Below are positions 1-10,844 of a stretch of DNA of 64,000 nt, in pieces. The DNA lies in NCBI GenBank assembly GCA_965206645.1, contig CBDBKE010000004.1, forward strand, positions 64,001 through 128,000, in the 5' to 3' direction. The first letter of the stretch is position 1; every line of letters starts with the position of its first letter. The translations under genes and the position numbers were made by a program. Origin of the DNA: Terriglobia bacterium. GTDB lineage: Bacteria > Acidobacteriota > Terriglobia > JAJPHL01 > JAPKYU01. The notes under the pieces are model-generated. The model made no database searches. It had not been told where the DNA came from and saw only the letters and a program-made list of their open reading frames with translations.

Positions 1-118
1 TCTATGGCCGCAGGAATACACTTCTCCTGGATGGGCATAGGAGCAGCAAAGTGAAGTTTGTCGAGTATTGCGATTATGTTTGGGGCAATGCCGAGATCGT
101 AAAAACCGGGGTGGGAAC

Positions 119-178
119 TCATCGCAGATCACTCTCCGTGGTGTTAAAACTCATGTTGCCGACATACAAGCTTTTCAT
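119..178 (-). pseudogene. N-terminal 19-codon remnant of an RRM RNA-binding protein
   Basis: Minus strand reads MKSLYVGNMSFNTTESDLR* after an AAGGAG RBS; closely matches the start of the intact RRM gene at 27601 (MKKLYVGNMSFETTESELR). Confidence 0.75.
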
Positions 179-709
179 TTCTTTTTGTCTCCTTAAAGTC
201 GCCGCTGCGCCCGTGCGGAGCGGTCGCGTACCCCGCGTCAGCACATTGCTGCAGACCGGCTATCCGGAATTTGATGGAGTCAATCGGGCAGGAAGCAAAC
301 GATAGAGCGAAATGCTTTCAGACGAACCGACTTCTTCAAATACGCATGGCAGTATAACACAGTACGACAAGGATGTGGGAACAAATTAAGCGTCTACCGC
401 ATCTCCGAGAAGCTGGGCGCGGAGGGGAGGCGTATTGGCAGCAGAGACTATTCGATCTTGGTTCAAGCGAGGGTTAGCGAGAGTTGATCGTCCCGCGGCA
501 CTTCGCTGATCCACATTTGCACTTAACCGTGACCTGATTGCGACTGAAATTATAGTCAACAGTTAGCTCCTCACCAATGTGGATAGCGCGCCTGCTCATG
601 AAAAGAATACGTCCCTTAACGACCCACGAGCACAAATTTGGTTCACAACTGTGGTTGACGTACTCAGCCCCGCTGCCGGCGACTGAGCCGTCTATTGTCC
701 AATAGTTGT

Positions 710-1938
710 TGCCAGCTCAACCGGTCGATGCAACACAAGCGTTAAATCGTTCTGCCGGAGTTTCAAACTCCAGCGTCTGACGGGGCCGTTCGTTCAGCTG
801 ACGTGCCACCTTGTTCAGATGCGCCTGAGAGTGCACCGACAAGTCCGTTCCCTTGGGGAAGTACTGTCGGAGTAGACCGTTGGTGTTCTCATTCGAACCG
901 CGCTGCCATGGACTCTGAGGATCACAGAAGTATACGTCAATGTCGGTCGCCAACGTGAACCGTCGATGCTCGGCGAGCTCCAGGCCTCGATCCCAAGTCA
1001 GAGATTTGTACAGTTCCGTCGGCAGCTTCTTCGCGTGCTTGATGAGCGCCGACACGACCGTCTCCGTTTTCTTGCTGGATACTTTCGTAAGCATCACGTA
1101 GCGCGTATGACGTTCGACCAGAGTCGCAATGTGGCTGTTCTTCGATCCGGACAGCAGATCGCCTTCCCAATGACCGGGCACGGCACGATCTTCGACCGAG
1201 GCCGGGCGCTCACGGATCGATACGATGTCGGTGATCTGTCCTCGTCCATGGCCTCTCAGACTTGCATGTCGGGATCGACGAATCGTCCGCTTTGACCGCA
1301 GATGCTGCATCAGCTCTGCCTTCAGCGCACCGCGGGCTTGAACAAACAGGCTGCGGTAGATGGTCTCGTGAGACACGTGATAGGACGGATCCTTCGGATA
1401 GGCTCGTTTCAGCCAGCTGGCGATCTGCTCAGGCGACCAGTTTATGCTGAGCTTTCTGGCCACTACCCGTCGTAGTTGTGGATGCTTGACCAGCTGACAC
1501 CGCTTCGGCCGGCGGGCCCTCTCCCCGGCTTGCTCATCGGCCTCCGCTGCTCGATAGTCATTATCGCCGCCATTCCGCCGAATCTCCCGGCTCACCGTCG
1601 ATGGTGAGCGACCCAGCAACCCGGCGATGGATCGTATCGATTGATGTGCCGCAATGCCTCGAGAGATCTCTTCGCGCTCCGACAACGTCAGTGCCCAACA
1701 TGAACGGCGTGGTGGCCGAGGACGGATGCCTCCGTACGGAGCAAGCTGATGGTAAACAGACGATGGCTGCTTACAAAACACTCGTCCAATCGACTTGAGC
1801 GACTCCCCTCGTTTCCACCGATCCCACACCTCCTCCAGTTCCGCCAGCGTGTAACCGCGACGAGCTCTTTGCTTCATCCGCATACACTCCACCTCCTCCT
1901 TTCAAGGCAAAGTGTTGCGTCGATGGGTTGAGACCACC
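710..1938 (-). mobile_element. IS30-family insertion sequence, copy 1
   Basis: Imperfect terminal IRs GGTGGTCTCAACCCATCGACGCAACAC / TGCCAGCTCAACCGGTCGATGCAACAC; boundaries set by comparison with copy 2. Confidence 0.9.
717..1892 (-). CDS. IS30-family DDE transposase
   Basis: HTH (RSPSTVSREIRRN), WSPEQI, GHWEGDL, TWDRG, SPWQRGSNENTNGLLRQYFPKG motifs. Confidence 0.95.
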   Translation of the reverse strand: MECMRMKQRARRGYTLAELEEVWDRWKRGESLKSIGRVFCKQPSSVYHQLAPYGGIRPRPPRRSCWALTLSEREEISRGIAAHQSIRSIAGLLGRSPSTVSREIRRNGGDNDYRAAEADEQAGERARRPKRCQLVKHPQLRRVVARKLSINWSPEQIASWLKRAYPKDPSYHVSHETIYRSLFVQARGALKAELMQHLRSKRTIRRSRHASLRGHGRGQITDIVSIRERPASVEDRAVPGHWEGDLLSGSKNSHIATLVERHTRYVMLTKVSSKKTETVVSALIKHAKKLPTELYKSLTWDRGLELAEHRRFTLATDIDVYFCDPQSPWQRGSNENTNGLLRQYFPKGTDLSVHSQAHLNKVARQLNERPRQTLEFETPAERFNACVASTG

Positions 1939-2242
1939 GTTCAAAGCGAACAAATAAGAGGTGCGCCGCCGGACATGTCGTGACAACTGGTGCGGCGGAA
2001 ACTTTTCTCCAGTGTACTCTATGACCTTCCGTCGAGGTGGAATGGACTCCGTTGTGAAAACTCCCAGCCCATGGATCGGCGATTGTCGACTTACGAGGCG
2101 ATAACGTGAGAAGCGGCCATTGATTCTAGCGGTCCGAGTACGGCCATGACTTTCTCGCTTGTAAAGAGTGTTATTAGCCGACATTTTAATTAGGGCAATG
2201 GACGTCGTAGGCACCTCGCCCCCCGGGGAATCCAAGGCACTT
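1939..2242 (-). pseudogene. 5' half of a SET-domain protein gene plus upstream DNA, truncated by IS30 (copy 1)
   Basis: SPIHGLGVFTTESIPPRRKVIEYTGE...YLF matches the SET N-terminal motifs; the catalytic NHS and C-terminal Tyr region is absent. Confidence 0.75.
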
Positions 2243-2271
2243 GTCCGGTTAGCGCGTTATACGTCCAAGTG
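2238..2271 (+). other. 34-bp imperfect palindrome A1, putative recombination site (core GCGCGT)
   Basis: CACTTGTCCGGTTA-GCGCGT-TATACGTCCAAGTG; related copies at 4591 and 18976. Confidence 0.6.
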
Positions 2272-2375
2272 GACTGCGTGGCAGCATAAGGAAGCACTAA
2301 CCGACTAGTAGGGACCTGCCACTGAATCTGAGGCGAACGTCTTCTGCTCAGAGACTTGGAGCGAGGCGAAGCAGA

Positions 2376-4016
2376 CTATTGCACGGCGATAGTGACCGTG
2401 TTGCTCGGGACGCCGTTTTGCAGCAGTAGCAGGGGCACAGACGAGCCCGCCTCAACATCTGCCGGGATTTCCACGTTCACCTGGTAGAGGCCTACAAAGC
2501 CCGGTGCCAGCCCGGCAAAGTGCACCGCTGCCGTCCGACCGCCCACCTGCGCCTCCACCGGCACCACCACTCGGGCCAGAGGCTCGGCTCCTGGCGCCGC
2601 CTGGCCCGAGGCCACCAGCGGATTGGTCGCACCCAGCCCGGTGCAGAACACCTGTATGATTTCACCCGCTGCAGCGGGCGCCGCGCTATCCACCAGCTGC
2701 CCCTGCGCGTCCAGGATCGCCCCCTGTCCGCTGCCTTGCTGGTTGGTGCTAAAAATCCCGGGCCGCGCCTCTGCCAGCGTGATTGTCGCCGGTACGGTGA
2801 CCGCCTCCGGGCCGCTGCCATCGCGCCGCGTCTGCACCACCACGTGCGGCCGGCTGTTGGGGGCTAACTCAAACGGGATTTGCGCGTTGATCTGCCCATC
2901 ACTGGTGAAGAACAGCGGTACCTCCACGCCTCCGATGTTCATGGTTGCACCACCCAGCGTGGTTTCTAGCGGCACCTGTGAAGCAAAACTCAGCCCGCTG
3001 GCCAGGTTGAGCCCAAACACCAACACAATGCTGCCTGGCGCCAGCGCTTCGCCCGACGCAAAGCTGGCCCCGTTCACTACGCCGCCGGCAAACAAGGCCG
3101 ACACCGTCGGGTTGGCTTGCACTTGGCCCTGCGCCTGTACCACCGCGTCGGCCAGCGGTGGCAGGCTGGCCCGCACCGTCACAGTCACCTGCGCCGCCGA
3201 GTTCACTGGCTGCCAGGTGCCCACGTAGATGCCGTTGCGCAGACTCGCCAGCACCAGCGGCGGGTCGCCGCTCGAGAAGCTGGCCACCACTGTCGCGGTC
3301 TTCACCGTGTCGCCGCAGTCGTTCACCACCTGCGCCTGGATCGGGGTGGGGAAGCTCACCGGCGAGGCGAAATTAATTCCCAACGTGCGATGCACCACCA
3401 GCAGTTGCTGCGGTGCACACTCCTGCTGCGCCTCGAAGTCGAAGGCTCTTGCTAACGTGTGCGGCTCGGATCCCCCGGCCGCTCCCGCAGTGCCTACCAC
3501 CAGGAACAGGATCCCCACCCTCTGTGAGGGGACTACCTGCGAGGGATTATCCAAGTCACTGAACTGGAATGCCAACTGGCCCCGGTAGGCACCGGGCGCA
3601 AGTTCACCCAGCGTGGGTTGCACGACTACTCTCCTGGGATCGTCAGCAGAAAGCGCCAAGTTGGGCGGCAGAATCTCCAACCAGTCGCCCCCCTCAAGGG
3701 CAAACAGGCCGCTGCGCGCTTCCAAGTTCCCGGGCGCGGCCGTACTCACGCGCACGCTTTGCGAGCCGGGCGAAAAGGTCCCGGCAGGAGTAGCAAAGAT
3801 CAGGTTTGTCGGCCGCACCACCACCCCCGGATGGCTTCCCGCTGGCAACACATCCAGGGTTACGGTCACAAGCTGGGGCGAGTTGTTCGCTCCCAATGCG
3901 TTCACGCGGATGAGCCCGCTGTATCGACCAGCGGGCAGCCCGCTCGGGTTCACCTCCGCCTCCACTAGAGGAACCTGGAGCGATGCCGCATCGCTGCTTC
4001 CGCTGGCTGGCGACAC
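2376..4016 (-). pseudogene. 5'-truncated surface protein with BACON-like and Solibacter-type C-terminal (TIGR03437-like) domains
   Basis: GGVVNGASF, LAPGSIV, GQINAQIPFEL, PGIFS, GLAPGFVGLYQVN, SNTVTIAVQ motifs; the 5' end is fused directly to an IS3 fragment. Confidence 0.8.
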
Positions 4017-4466
4017 GGTGCGGGTAGAGCGAAGGATGGGCAGTCAGGAGGTCATCGAGACGTTGTCGGACGTGATGCTGTGGAAGGGCATTCCAGAGCA
4101 CCTTCGCTCTGATAACGGGCCCGAGTTCATTGCCCAACAGCTGCGCCAGTGGCTGGCGAAACTAGGGACCGCGACGCTGTACATCGAACCGGGCAGCCCT
4201 TGGGAGAACGGATACTGTGAGAGTTTCAATGGGAAGCTGCGGGATGAATGCCTGAATGGAGAGATCTTTTACTCCTTGAAGGAGGCACAGGTGGTGGTGG
4301 AACAGTGGCGGGAGGAATACAACACGAGGCGGCCACACTCGGCGCTGGGCTATAGGCCCCCGGCGCCGGGGGCCTATAACCCTTTCCTACTACCAAAACC
4401 GGTTTCACGGCCCCAGGCTATGATGTAGACTCTCACTACTGTTGGTACAAAAAATCGGTCCGGTCA
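4017..4466 (+). mobile_element. 3' fragment of a related but diverged IS3-family element
   Basis: RSDNGPEF...SPWENGYCESFNGKLRDECLN...RPHSALGY; ends in IR TTGGTACAAAAAATCGGTCCGGTCA. Confidence 0.88.
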
Positions 4467-4590
4467 GTTGCCCCCCTGGAAAGCGATTGAGCAAGGCTAC
4501 ATCCCCCAAGGGTCGCATGTCCACTTCGCCGGGGAACAGCAATGCCGGATAGGTCCCCACTAACGGGCTAGTGTTTATCAATCCCGGTGT

Positions 4591-4624
4591 CACTTGGACG
4601 TATAGTCGGCTATCCGGACAAGTG
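4591..4624 (-). other. 34-bp imperfect palindrome A2 (core GCCGAC)
   Basis: Reverse complement CACTTGTCCGGATA-GCCGAC-TATACGTCCAAGTG; identical to 18976-19009. Confidence 0.6.
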
Positions 4625-4675
4625 ACCCTCTACGCCCGCCAGGGTAGTGGGTCAGTTTCCGATAAGCGCGTTATA

Positions 4676-5139
4676 CCCGGAATTTCCTTTTTGGCCTTCC
4701 GGCGATTGAAAATATACACGCATCTGCGTCCCAGCGAGTACAATGTTTTCTCCGCGAGGACCATCGGCTCCGAGCGTCCCTTTCGGGGTCCCCTAAAACC
4801 GTCCGATCAGCATCCAAACCCAGCTTTTTCAGACAACTCTCCATACCTGGGGGATAGCGGCATCGTTTTCTTGTGTGCCGTAGCCCAGGCTATCCCGACG
4901 GGAGTGCCAATCCATCGATCCGCCCCAGCATGCTGGCAAACAGCCGTCGGGTCAAATGGCCCTCGGCCAGCAGGAGCCAGTAGTACCGTGCGTGTTTTGC
5001 GAGCCGTCCTCCGGTTTTCACCAGCCGCTGCTGGAGGCTCGTCAAGGACCATTTCTCGATTCTCTGTGGCTGCACTAGCCGTCGCCACAGGTTGCCCAGG
5101 TTGTAGGCGATGATCGTCAGCCAAAGCCGTACCTCGTTA
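4676..5139 (-). mobile_element. 3' part of an IS1380-family element (transposase C-terminus plus right end)
   Basis: Minus strand NEVRLWLTIIAYNLGNLWRRL...WSLTSLQQRLVKTGGRLAKHARYYWLLLAE; end CCCGGAATTTCC resembles CCCGGATTTCC at 9728. Confidence 0.8.
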
Positions 5140-6389
5140 TGACCAGACCGATTTTTTGTACCAACCGTAGTGAGAGTTTACATCGCAGCCTGGGGCTGTG
5201 AAACTGGTTTCAGTGGCAGGGGAGGGCTATAGGCCCCCGGTGCCGGGGGCCTATAGCCGAGCGCCGAGTGCGGCCGCACCGTGTTGTATTGCACCCTCCA
5301 CTGTTCAATCACCACCTGTGCCTCCTTCAACGAGTAGAAGATCTCTCCATTCAGGCATTCGTCCCGCAGCTTCCCATTGAAACTCTCGCAGTACCCGTTC
5401 TCCCAGGGACTGCCCGGTTCGATGTACAGTGTCCCGGTCCCTAGATTTGCCAACCACTGGCGCAGTTGTTTGGCGATGAACTCGGGACCATTGTCGGATC
5501 GAATCTGTTCCGGTATCCCTCGCCACAACATCACGTCCGACAACGCCTCAATGATTTGTTGGCTGCCCATCCTCCGCTCCACCCGGATCGCCAGGCATTC
5601 CCGCGTGTACTCATCCAGCAAGGTCAGCAGCCGCAGCGTTCTCCCCTCGTGCGTTCTGGCACTCATGAAGTCGTAGCTCCACACGTGGTTCGGTCGCTCC
5701 GGCCTCAGTCGTACACAGGAACCGTCGTTCAGCCACAGCCGTCCTCGCGGCCTTTGTTTTTGCGGCACTTTCAGCCCTTCCCGCCGCCAAATCCGCTGCA
5801 CCCGGTCCTTGCCCACTTCCCAGCCCGCACTCCGCAGCAACGCTGTGATCCTCCGGTAGCCATATCGCCCGTACTTCGCTCCCAGGGCAATGATCGCTCG
5901 GGTCAGAGCATCCTCGTCCACCCGATGAATCGGCTCGTATCGTTGTGTCCCTCGCCATTGCCCCAGCAGCCGGCAGGCATGCCGTTCCGACAACCCGTGT
6001 TGCTCCCACGCACGCTCCACCGCACAACGCCGCCGCTCAGGGCTCAGAAGTTTCCCTGTGCCACATCCCGCAGCACCTGCTTCTCCAGAGAAAGCTCCGC
6101 TACCAACCGCTTCAGCCGCGTGTTTTCCTTCTCCAACTCCTTTAGCCGTTTTGCCTGCACCACCTTCAGCCCGCCGTATTCCTTCCGCCACCGGTAGTAG
6201 GTTTGGGTGTGGATTCCAGCTTCTTTGCAGGCTTGGGGCGCAGTCTTCCCGTTCCCCATCTGCACTTCTATCTGCCGTAGCACCGCTACAATCTGCTCCG
6301 GCTTGTAACTCCTTGTCGGCATGACCTCACTTCCTCCTCAAGTGGATTCTCTCTCTTTCCACTTGGTACAAAAAGTGCCGGTCAGGTCA
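5140..6389 (-). mobile_element. IS3-family element (probably IS407 group), copy A, 1250 bp
   Basis: TG..CA ends with IRs TGACCTGACCGGCACTTTTTGTACCAA / TGACCAGACCGATTTTTTGTACCAA; orfA 6044-6322 and orfB overlap at GGGAAAC. Confidence 0.95.
5178..6322 (-). CDS. IS3 OrfAB transposase (predicted programmed frameshift)
   Basis: OrfA HTH (TYYRWRKEYGG); OrfB integrase core (WSYDF, SDNGPEF, ESFNG). Confidence 0.9.
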
Positions 6390-7526
6390 AACCCTGCCTC
6401 ATTTCCAGAGGAGGCTTTCGCTCAGTTTGCCCCCCGGCCCCAGGGAGCCGAAGACGAGCTATCGGAGTCGGATCAACAGTTGTCCCCTCTGGATGCCATT
6501 GCCGGCCTGTCGGCAATTCAGGACAGGTTGCAGCAACTGGAACGGAAAGATTGGCGAGTCTGGTCAGCGGCTCTCGCGGTGCTGCTGCTGATGGGGACCG
6601 TGCTGGCACTCTCCTCGGCGTCCTTCTGGACACAGTTTTCCATCGTGCTGCTTTTCAGCGCCTATGCCGTGGTCCAGCAGATGGTGAGCAGACGAATCCG
6701 GCATGAGCTGTCCCGGCAGGTTGATTCGATGTTGCTGTCCCAGCAGATTGACTCGGTCTTCAACCTGAAATTCCGGACCGAGGATTCTCACCAGCTGGCG
6801 ATGCTGGATCCCGTCACCGGACTGTACAACCGCCGCTTCCTCGAGGAGCACCTATCTACCGAGCTGGCCCGATCCCAGAGGGAGGAAAATTCACTCACCG
6901 TGGTGGCGCTGCATCTGAAGGACTTCGCGCAGATCATCGACTCCTACGGACGCTCGGCCGGCGATCTGGTGCTGAAGCATTTTGGCGCACAACTCAAGAA
7001 AGCGATCCGAAACTCGGATTTTGCCGCGCGCACAGGCCAGGACGAGTTTATGGTGCTGTTCCCCGAAGGTAGACCCGAGCAGGTGCCGGCCACGCTTCTC
7101 CGCATGGCGGATCTGGAAGTGGACTTTCGTGCGGAGAAGATTCCAGTCAGCTTTGTTTCTGGGTGGACCGCCTATCAACCTGGCGACTCCCCCGGCCAGC
7201 TCTTGGATCGTGCCGAGCAGGCGGTTCTTGCCGACAATCAAACCGGCCAGGCCGAGCAGGAGGCCGTAGAGGCCCCAAGCGCAGTTTCTCCCGCTGAAGA
7301 AGATGGAGTCGCGGAGGCGCCCGGCATGCAGGGTGGCCCACAACCTGAACCAACTGCTGACGCTGGGCGACGGGTACGCCGAGCTAGCGCCAGATCAGAT
7401 AAGCCGGGCCGCTCCGCTACGCGGCGACGTGGAGTAATACCTGCGGCCGCTCCGGTAGGTGAATTCGCTGCTCTGGCGGCGGCTGCTCTAAAGCCGGGGC
7501 CCAGCGATGAACCCCAAGGTGCTTGA
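6321..7526 (+). CDS. Membrane-anchored GGDEF-domain protein with degenerate GQDEF motif; 5' end replaced by IS3 sequence
   Basis: DPVTGLYNRR, D..ARTGQDEF, two hydrophobic segments; the first 23 codons lie inside the IS3 left end. Confidence 0.8.
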   Translation: MTSLPPQVDSLSFHLVQKVPVRSNPASFPEEAFAQFAPRPQGAEDELSESDQQLSPLDAIAGLSAIQDRLQQLERKDWRVWSAALAVLLLMGTVLALSSASFWTQFSIVLLFSAYAVVQQMVSRRIRHELSRQVDSMLLSQQIDSVFNLKFRTEDSHQLAMLDPVTGLYNRRFLEEHLSTELARSQREENSLTVVALHLKDFAQIIDSYGRSAGDLVLKHFGAQLKKAIRNSDFAARTGQDEFMVLFPEGRPEQVPATLLRMADLEVDFRAEKIPVSFVSGWTAYQPGDSPGQLLDRAEQAVLADNQTGQAEQEAVEAPSAVSPAEEDGVAEAPGMQGGPQPEPTADAGRRVRRASARSDKPGRSATRRRGVIPAAAPVGEFAALAAAALKPGPSDEPQGA

Positions 7527-7650
7527 CCTGCATGGCCTGTTGACCAAATTAACGGTCATCCGCGCCGCTGCTGGTCCAAAAGTACCGGGCAGAATGTAAC
7601 TACTGGCCTATTGGAGGCTTGGGGCGGCTGCGCTTAACTAGGTGCTGTAT

Positions 7651-8067
7651 ATGGAAGACAAGTTCGTAGGGCGAGTTGGTAGAAGCGACATTCTCCGAGC
7701 TATTACCCTGCTCGCTTTGCTCGCTTGCATAGTAACCATAGGCGTGTCGGCGGGCTGGCTCTATCCCCGAAAAGCTATCACCATCGAAAAGTTAGAGCGC
7801 AGCTTCGAGGCGACCCGTCATTATCTCGAAAACGGAGGAAACGCCTTCATCCGCTTCTTGAACCAGCCATTACCAATCCGCGTGGCTAGTCCGGCGCTTG
7901 AGAATGCGGAATCTTCTCAAGATGCGCGTTTAGAAATCCGCCCCCTGGAACCCTTCTCCAGCGGCGACACCAAGAAGCAGAACAAACGCAGGCATCTCGC
8001 GATTGGCGGAGCGTTATTGCTGATTCTCATTGTGCTTGACCGGTGGAGAAACAGAAGTCTGAACTGA
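7651..8067 (+). CDS. Hypothetical membrane protein
   Basis: ORF with N- and C-terminal hydrophobic helices. Confidence 0.5.
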   Translation: MEDKFVGRVGRSDILRAITLLALLACIVTIGVSAGWLYPRKAITIEKLERSFEATRHYLENGGNAFIRFLNQPLPIRVASPALENAESSQDARLEIRPLEPFSSGDTKKQNKRRHLAIGGALLLILIVLDRWRNRSLN

Positions 8068-8214
8068 AGGCCAGGTCCTCGGCTGCACATAACTCCGTCA
8101 GAATTCCTTCTCCTATTCTTACTGCACACCTGGCTGGTCATCGTACCCCCGCCGATGACCGGTCACATGTCACCGAATACAAGACAGCAAAGATTCACTG
8201 ACGAGCTGGCCGCT

Positions 8215-9653
8215 GAGAGTGTCTCACCTTTAGTTGAAAGTTGAGCGGCGGTTCGCTGACCTGGTTCCGTAGAATCGGGTTGGGAAACTTTCTGGAAAGG
8301 GGAACCGCCGTGCAGAGAAGCTACCACATCCTAGGCCGGAGCGATAGCCGAAGCTCCCGCAAACTGGCTGCCTACCTGGCTCGCCACGGGCAGTTTCTGC
8401 TGCCCTGGGTGGAGTTGATCGAACAATCGCGGTTAGCCGTCGACGAGCTGATCGACGTGGTGGGTAGGGCGGCGATTGAAGCGGTGCTGGAGTTGTCGGC
8501 CGCGCAGGTGGCCGGTCCACGCCGTCAGGGCCGGCGGCGCCGTGGGGTGGGCTGGTATGGGCGCCAGCGGGGACGGGTGCGCCTGAAGGAGAGAAAGCTG
8601 GCCGTGCACAGGCCACGGCTCCGGCGGCCAGGCCGGGGAGCGGGGAAAGAAGTTCCCCTCCCGGCCTACGAAGCCATGCAGGAGGGCGAGGGTCTGGGGG
8701 CCCGGATGTTGGATATCTTGCTGCGGGGCGTCTCGACCCGGCAGTACCAGCGGGTGTTGCCGGAGATGGCGGACACCGTGGGTGTGTCGCGCTCCACGGT
8801 CAGCCGGGAAACGATGGAGGCTGCCGCAGCCGAGTTAGAACGTCTGTTGAACCGCCGCTTCGAGGAAGTAGAGTTGCTGATCCTCTACATCGACGGGATG
8901 GTGTTTGGCGACCATCACGTGATTGCGGCTGTGGGCGTGGATGCGGAAGGGCACAAGCACGTGCTGGGGATTCAGCAGGGGGCTACGGAGAACGCCGCGG
9001 CCGTCCAGGACTTGCTGGAAGGTTTAGTGCGGCGAGGGGTGCAGCCGGCCCAGAAACGGCTGTTTGTGATCGACGGCTCGAAGGCCTTGCGGGCGGCGAT
9101 CCGCGCCGTGTTCGGGGCCGAGCAGCCGGTGCAGCGCTGCCGCGCCCACAAGTTGCGCAACGTCCTGGACCGGTTGCCGGAGCCAGAGCGGGACCAGGTG
9201 CGGGCGGCGATGCGGGCCGCCTGGCGGTTGGATCCGAAGACCGGCAGGGCCAAGCTGGAGAAGTTGGCCCAATGGTTGGAGCGAGATTGTCCGGCCGCGG
9301 CGGCCAGCTTACGGGAGGGTCTGGAGGAATGTTTCACCATCAACCGGCTGGGGCTTCCGGCTTCGCTACATCGCTGTCTGGCCACCACCAATCTCATCGA
9401 GAGTCCGCAGGCGGGAGTGAGGTTGCGAACTCGCCGGGTGTGCCGCTGGCGGGATGCGGCCATGGTCCAGCGCTGGGTCGCCTCCAGCTTCCTGGCCACG
9501 GAGAAAAACTTCCGCCGCCTGATGGGGTACCAGGACCTGTGGATGTTGAAAGCGATCCTCGAAGGATCAAAGTCGGCCACTCGACGGGAGGTGGCGTAGT
9601 ATGATGGCTCCGAACCGCCGCTACGAACTTTCAACTGAGTTCAGGACACCCTC
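8215..9653 (+). mobile_element. IS256-family insertion sequence
   Basis: Long imperfect IRs GAGAGTGTCTCACCTTTAGTTGAAAGTT / GAGGGTGTCCTGAACTCAGTTGAAAGTT. Confidence 0.88.
8310..9599 (+). CDS. IS256 (Mutator-type) transposase
   Basis: GVSTR, LYIDG, FVIDGSKAL, QRCRAHK, TTNLIES motifs. Confidence 0.92.
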   Translation: MQRSYHILGRSDSRSSRKLAAYLARHGQFLLPWVELIEQSRLAVDELIDVVGRAAIEAVLELSAAQVAGPRRQGRRRRGVGWYGRQRGRVRLKERKLAVHRPRLRRPGRGAGKEVPLPAYEAMQEGEGLGARMLDILLRGVSTRQYQRVLPEMADTVGVSRSTVSRETMEAAAAELERLLNRRFEEVELLILYIDGMVFGDHHVIAAVGVDAEGHKHVLGIQQGATENAAAVQDLLEGLVRRGVQPAQKRLFVIDGSKALRAAIRAVFGAEQPVQRCRAHKLRNVLDRLPEPERDQVRAAMRAAWRLDPKTGRAKLEKLAQWLERDCPAAAASLREGLEECFTINRLGLPASLHRCLATTNLIESPQAGVRLRTRRVCRWRDAAMVQRWVASSFLATEKNFRRLMGYQDLWMLKAILEGSKSATRREVA

Positions 9654-9727
9654 GTGCCCGCTTGGGTACAAGAACTGTCCCGTCTACGGCACTGATTGCA
9701 TCCTCTCGCACCTCGCAGCCCTATTAA

Positions 9728-10844
9728 CCCGGATTTCCTTTTTGAAAACGCAGCGGCAACCTTCAGCTAACCTCCAACGTCAATATTGATACTGGTTGCA
9801 GCATCAATCGGAGCGTTCGGAGGCGTAAACCCAATGGGTGAGAGCGGAAAACAGGGATTTCAGCTGTCGTTCAACCGATTTCTGCGAGTCGGATTTCAGG
9901 GATCACGGGTGACTTCCAATGGTGGACTGATTCTGGTCCGGGAGTTGGATGAGCGTCTGGGATTCAGCGAACTCATTGACGAGCACCTGACCGATTCGCG
10001 GGCAAACAATGCTCGGTTTTCTTTCGCGGACTTGCTGCGGCAGTCGGTCTACAGTCGCCTAGCTGGATACGAGGATGTAAATGATGCCGAGCGGCTGTCG
10101 CAAGACCCGACCTTTCGGCTGATTGGTTCAGAGAAGACTTGGGAACGAGGCGCGGCGCTGACCTCCAGGTTGCAAACTTTCGAGACGGAGATGCTGGCGA
10201 AGGTGGAGAACTTCGTCGGGTTAGCCCGGATCAACCGGGAACTGATCGGAAAGGTCGAAGCCTTCCAGTGGCACTACCGAGCGGTGCTGGATATGGACTC
10301 AACCGAGATTCCGGTCTGCGGGGAGCAGGAACAGAGCGCCTACAACGGACACTTCGAGTCCACTTGCTATCACCCGCTGCTTTTGTTCAATCGAGACGGC
10401 GACTGTCTGGCGGCCCAGGTCCGTCCGGGCAACGTGCACAGTGCCGAGGGTTGGGAGAAACTCCTGTTACCCGAGATTGAGCGCCAGCAAAGAATGGGAA
10501 AAGAGATTGCGTTTCGGGCGGACGCGGCCTTTGCCAAGCCGGAGGTGTACGAGGCATTGGAGGAACGGGGTGTGAAGTACGCAATTCGCATCCCGGCCAA
10601 CGATATTCTGCAGCGAGACATCGAAGAGCTACTGAAACGCCCCGTGGGAAGGCCCACCAAGAAACCGCTGGTCGAGTACAAGGGGTTCTTGTACCAGGCA
10701 GCCGGTTGGAAGACGGCTCGAAGGGTGGTGGCGAAAGTAGAGCATCATTCCGGGGAGTTGTTCCCGCGAGTGGGGTTCATTGTAACGAATCTGACGCTGC
10801 CGAATCGGGCGGTGGTGCGGTTCTATAACAAGCGCGGCACCGCA
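9728..10844 (+). mobile_element. 5' part of an IS1380-family element; transposase (starts 9834) interrupted by IS3 copy B
   Basis: VTSNGGLILVRELDERLG, LAGYEDVNDA, LDMDST, YNGHF...YHPL, RADAAF, FYNKRGTA, then the IS3 IR. Confidence 0.9.

Noticed and set aside
57-84. TTTGTCGAGTA-TTGCGA-TTATGTTTGGG as the chromosomal dif site
   Set aside because: Only TTATGTT matches the XerD arm; poor symmetry; likely chance
8206-9662. Target-site duplication around IS256
   Set aside because: Flanks CTGGCCGCT and GTGCCCGCT match only 7 of 9, so a true duplication cannot be claimed
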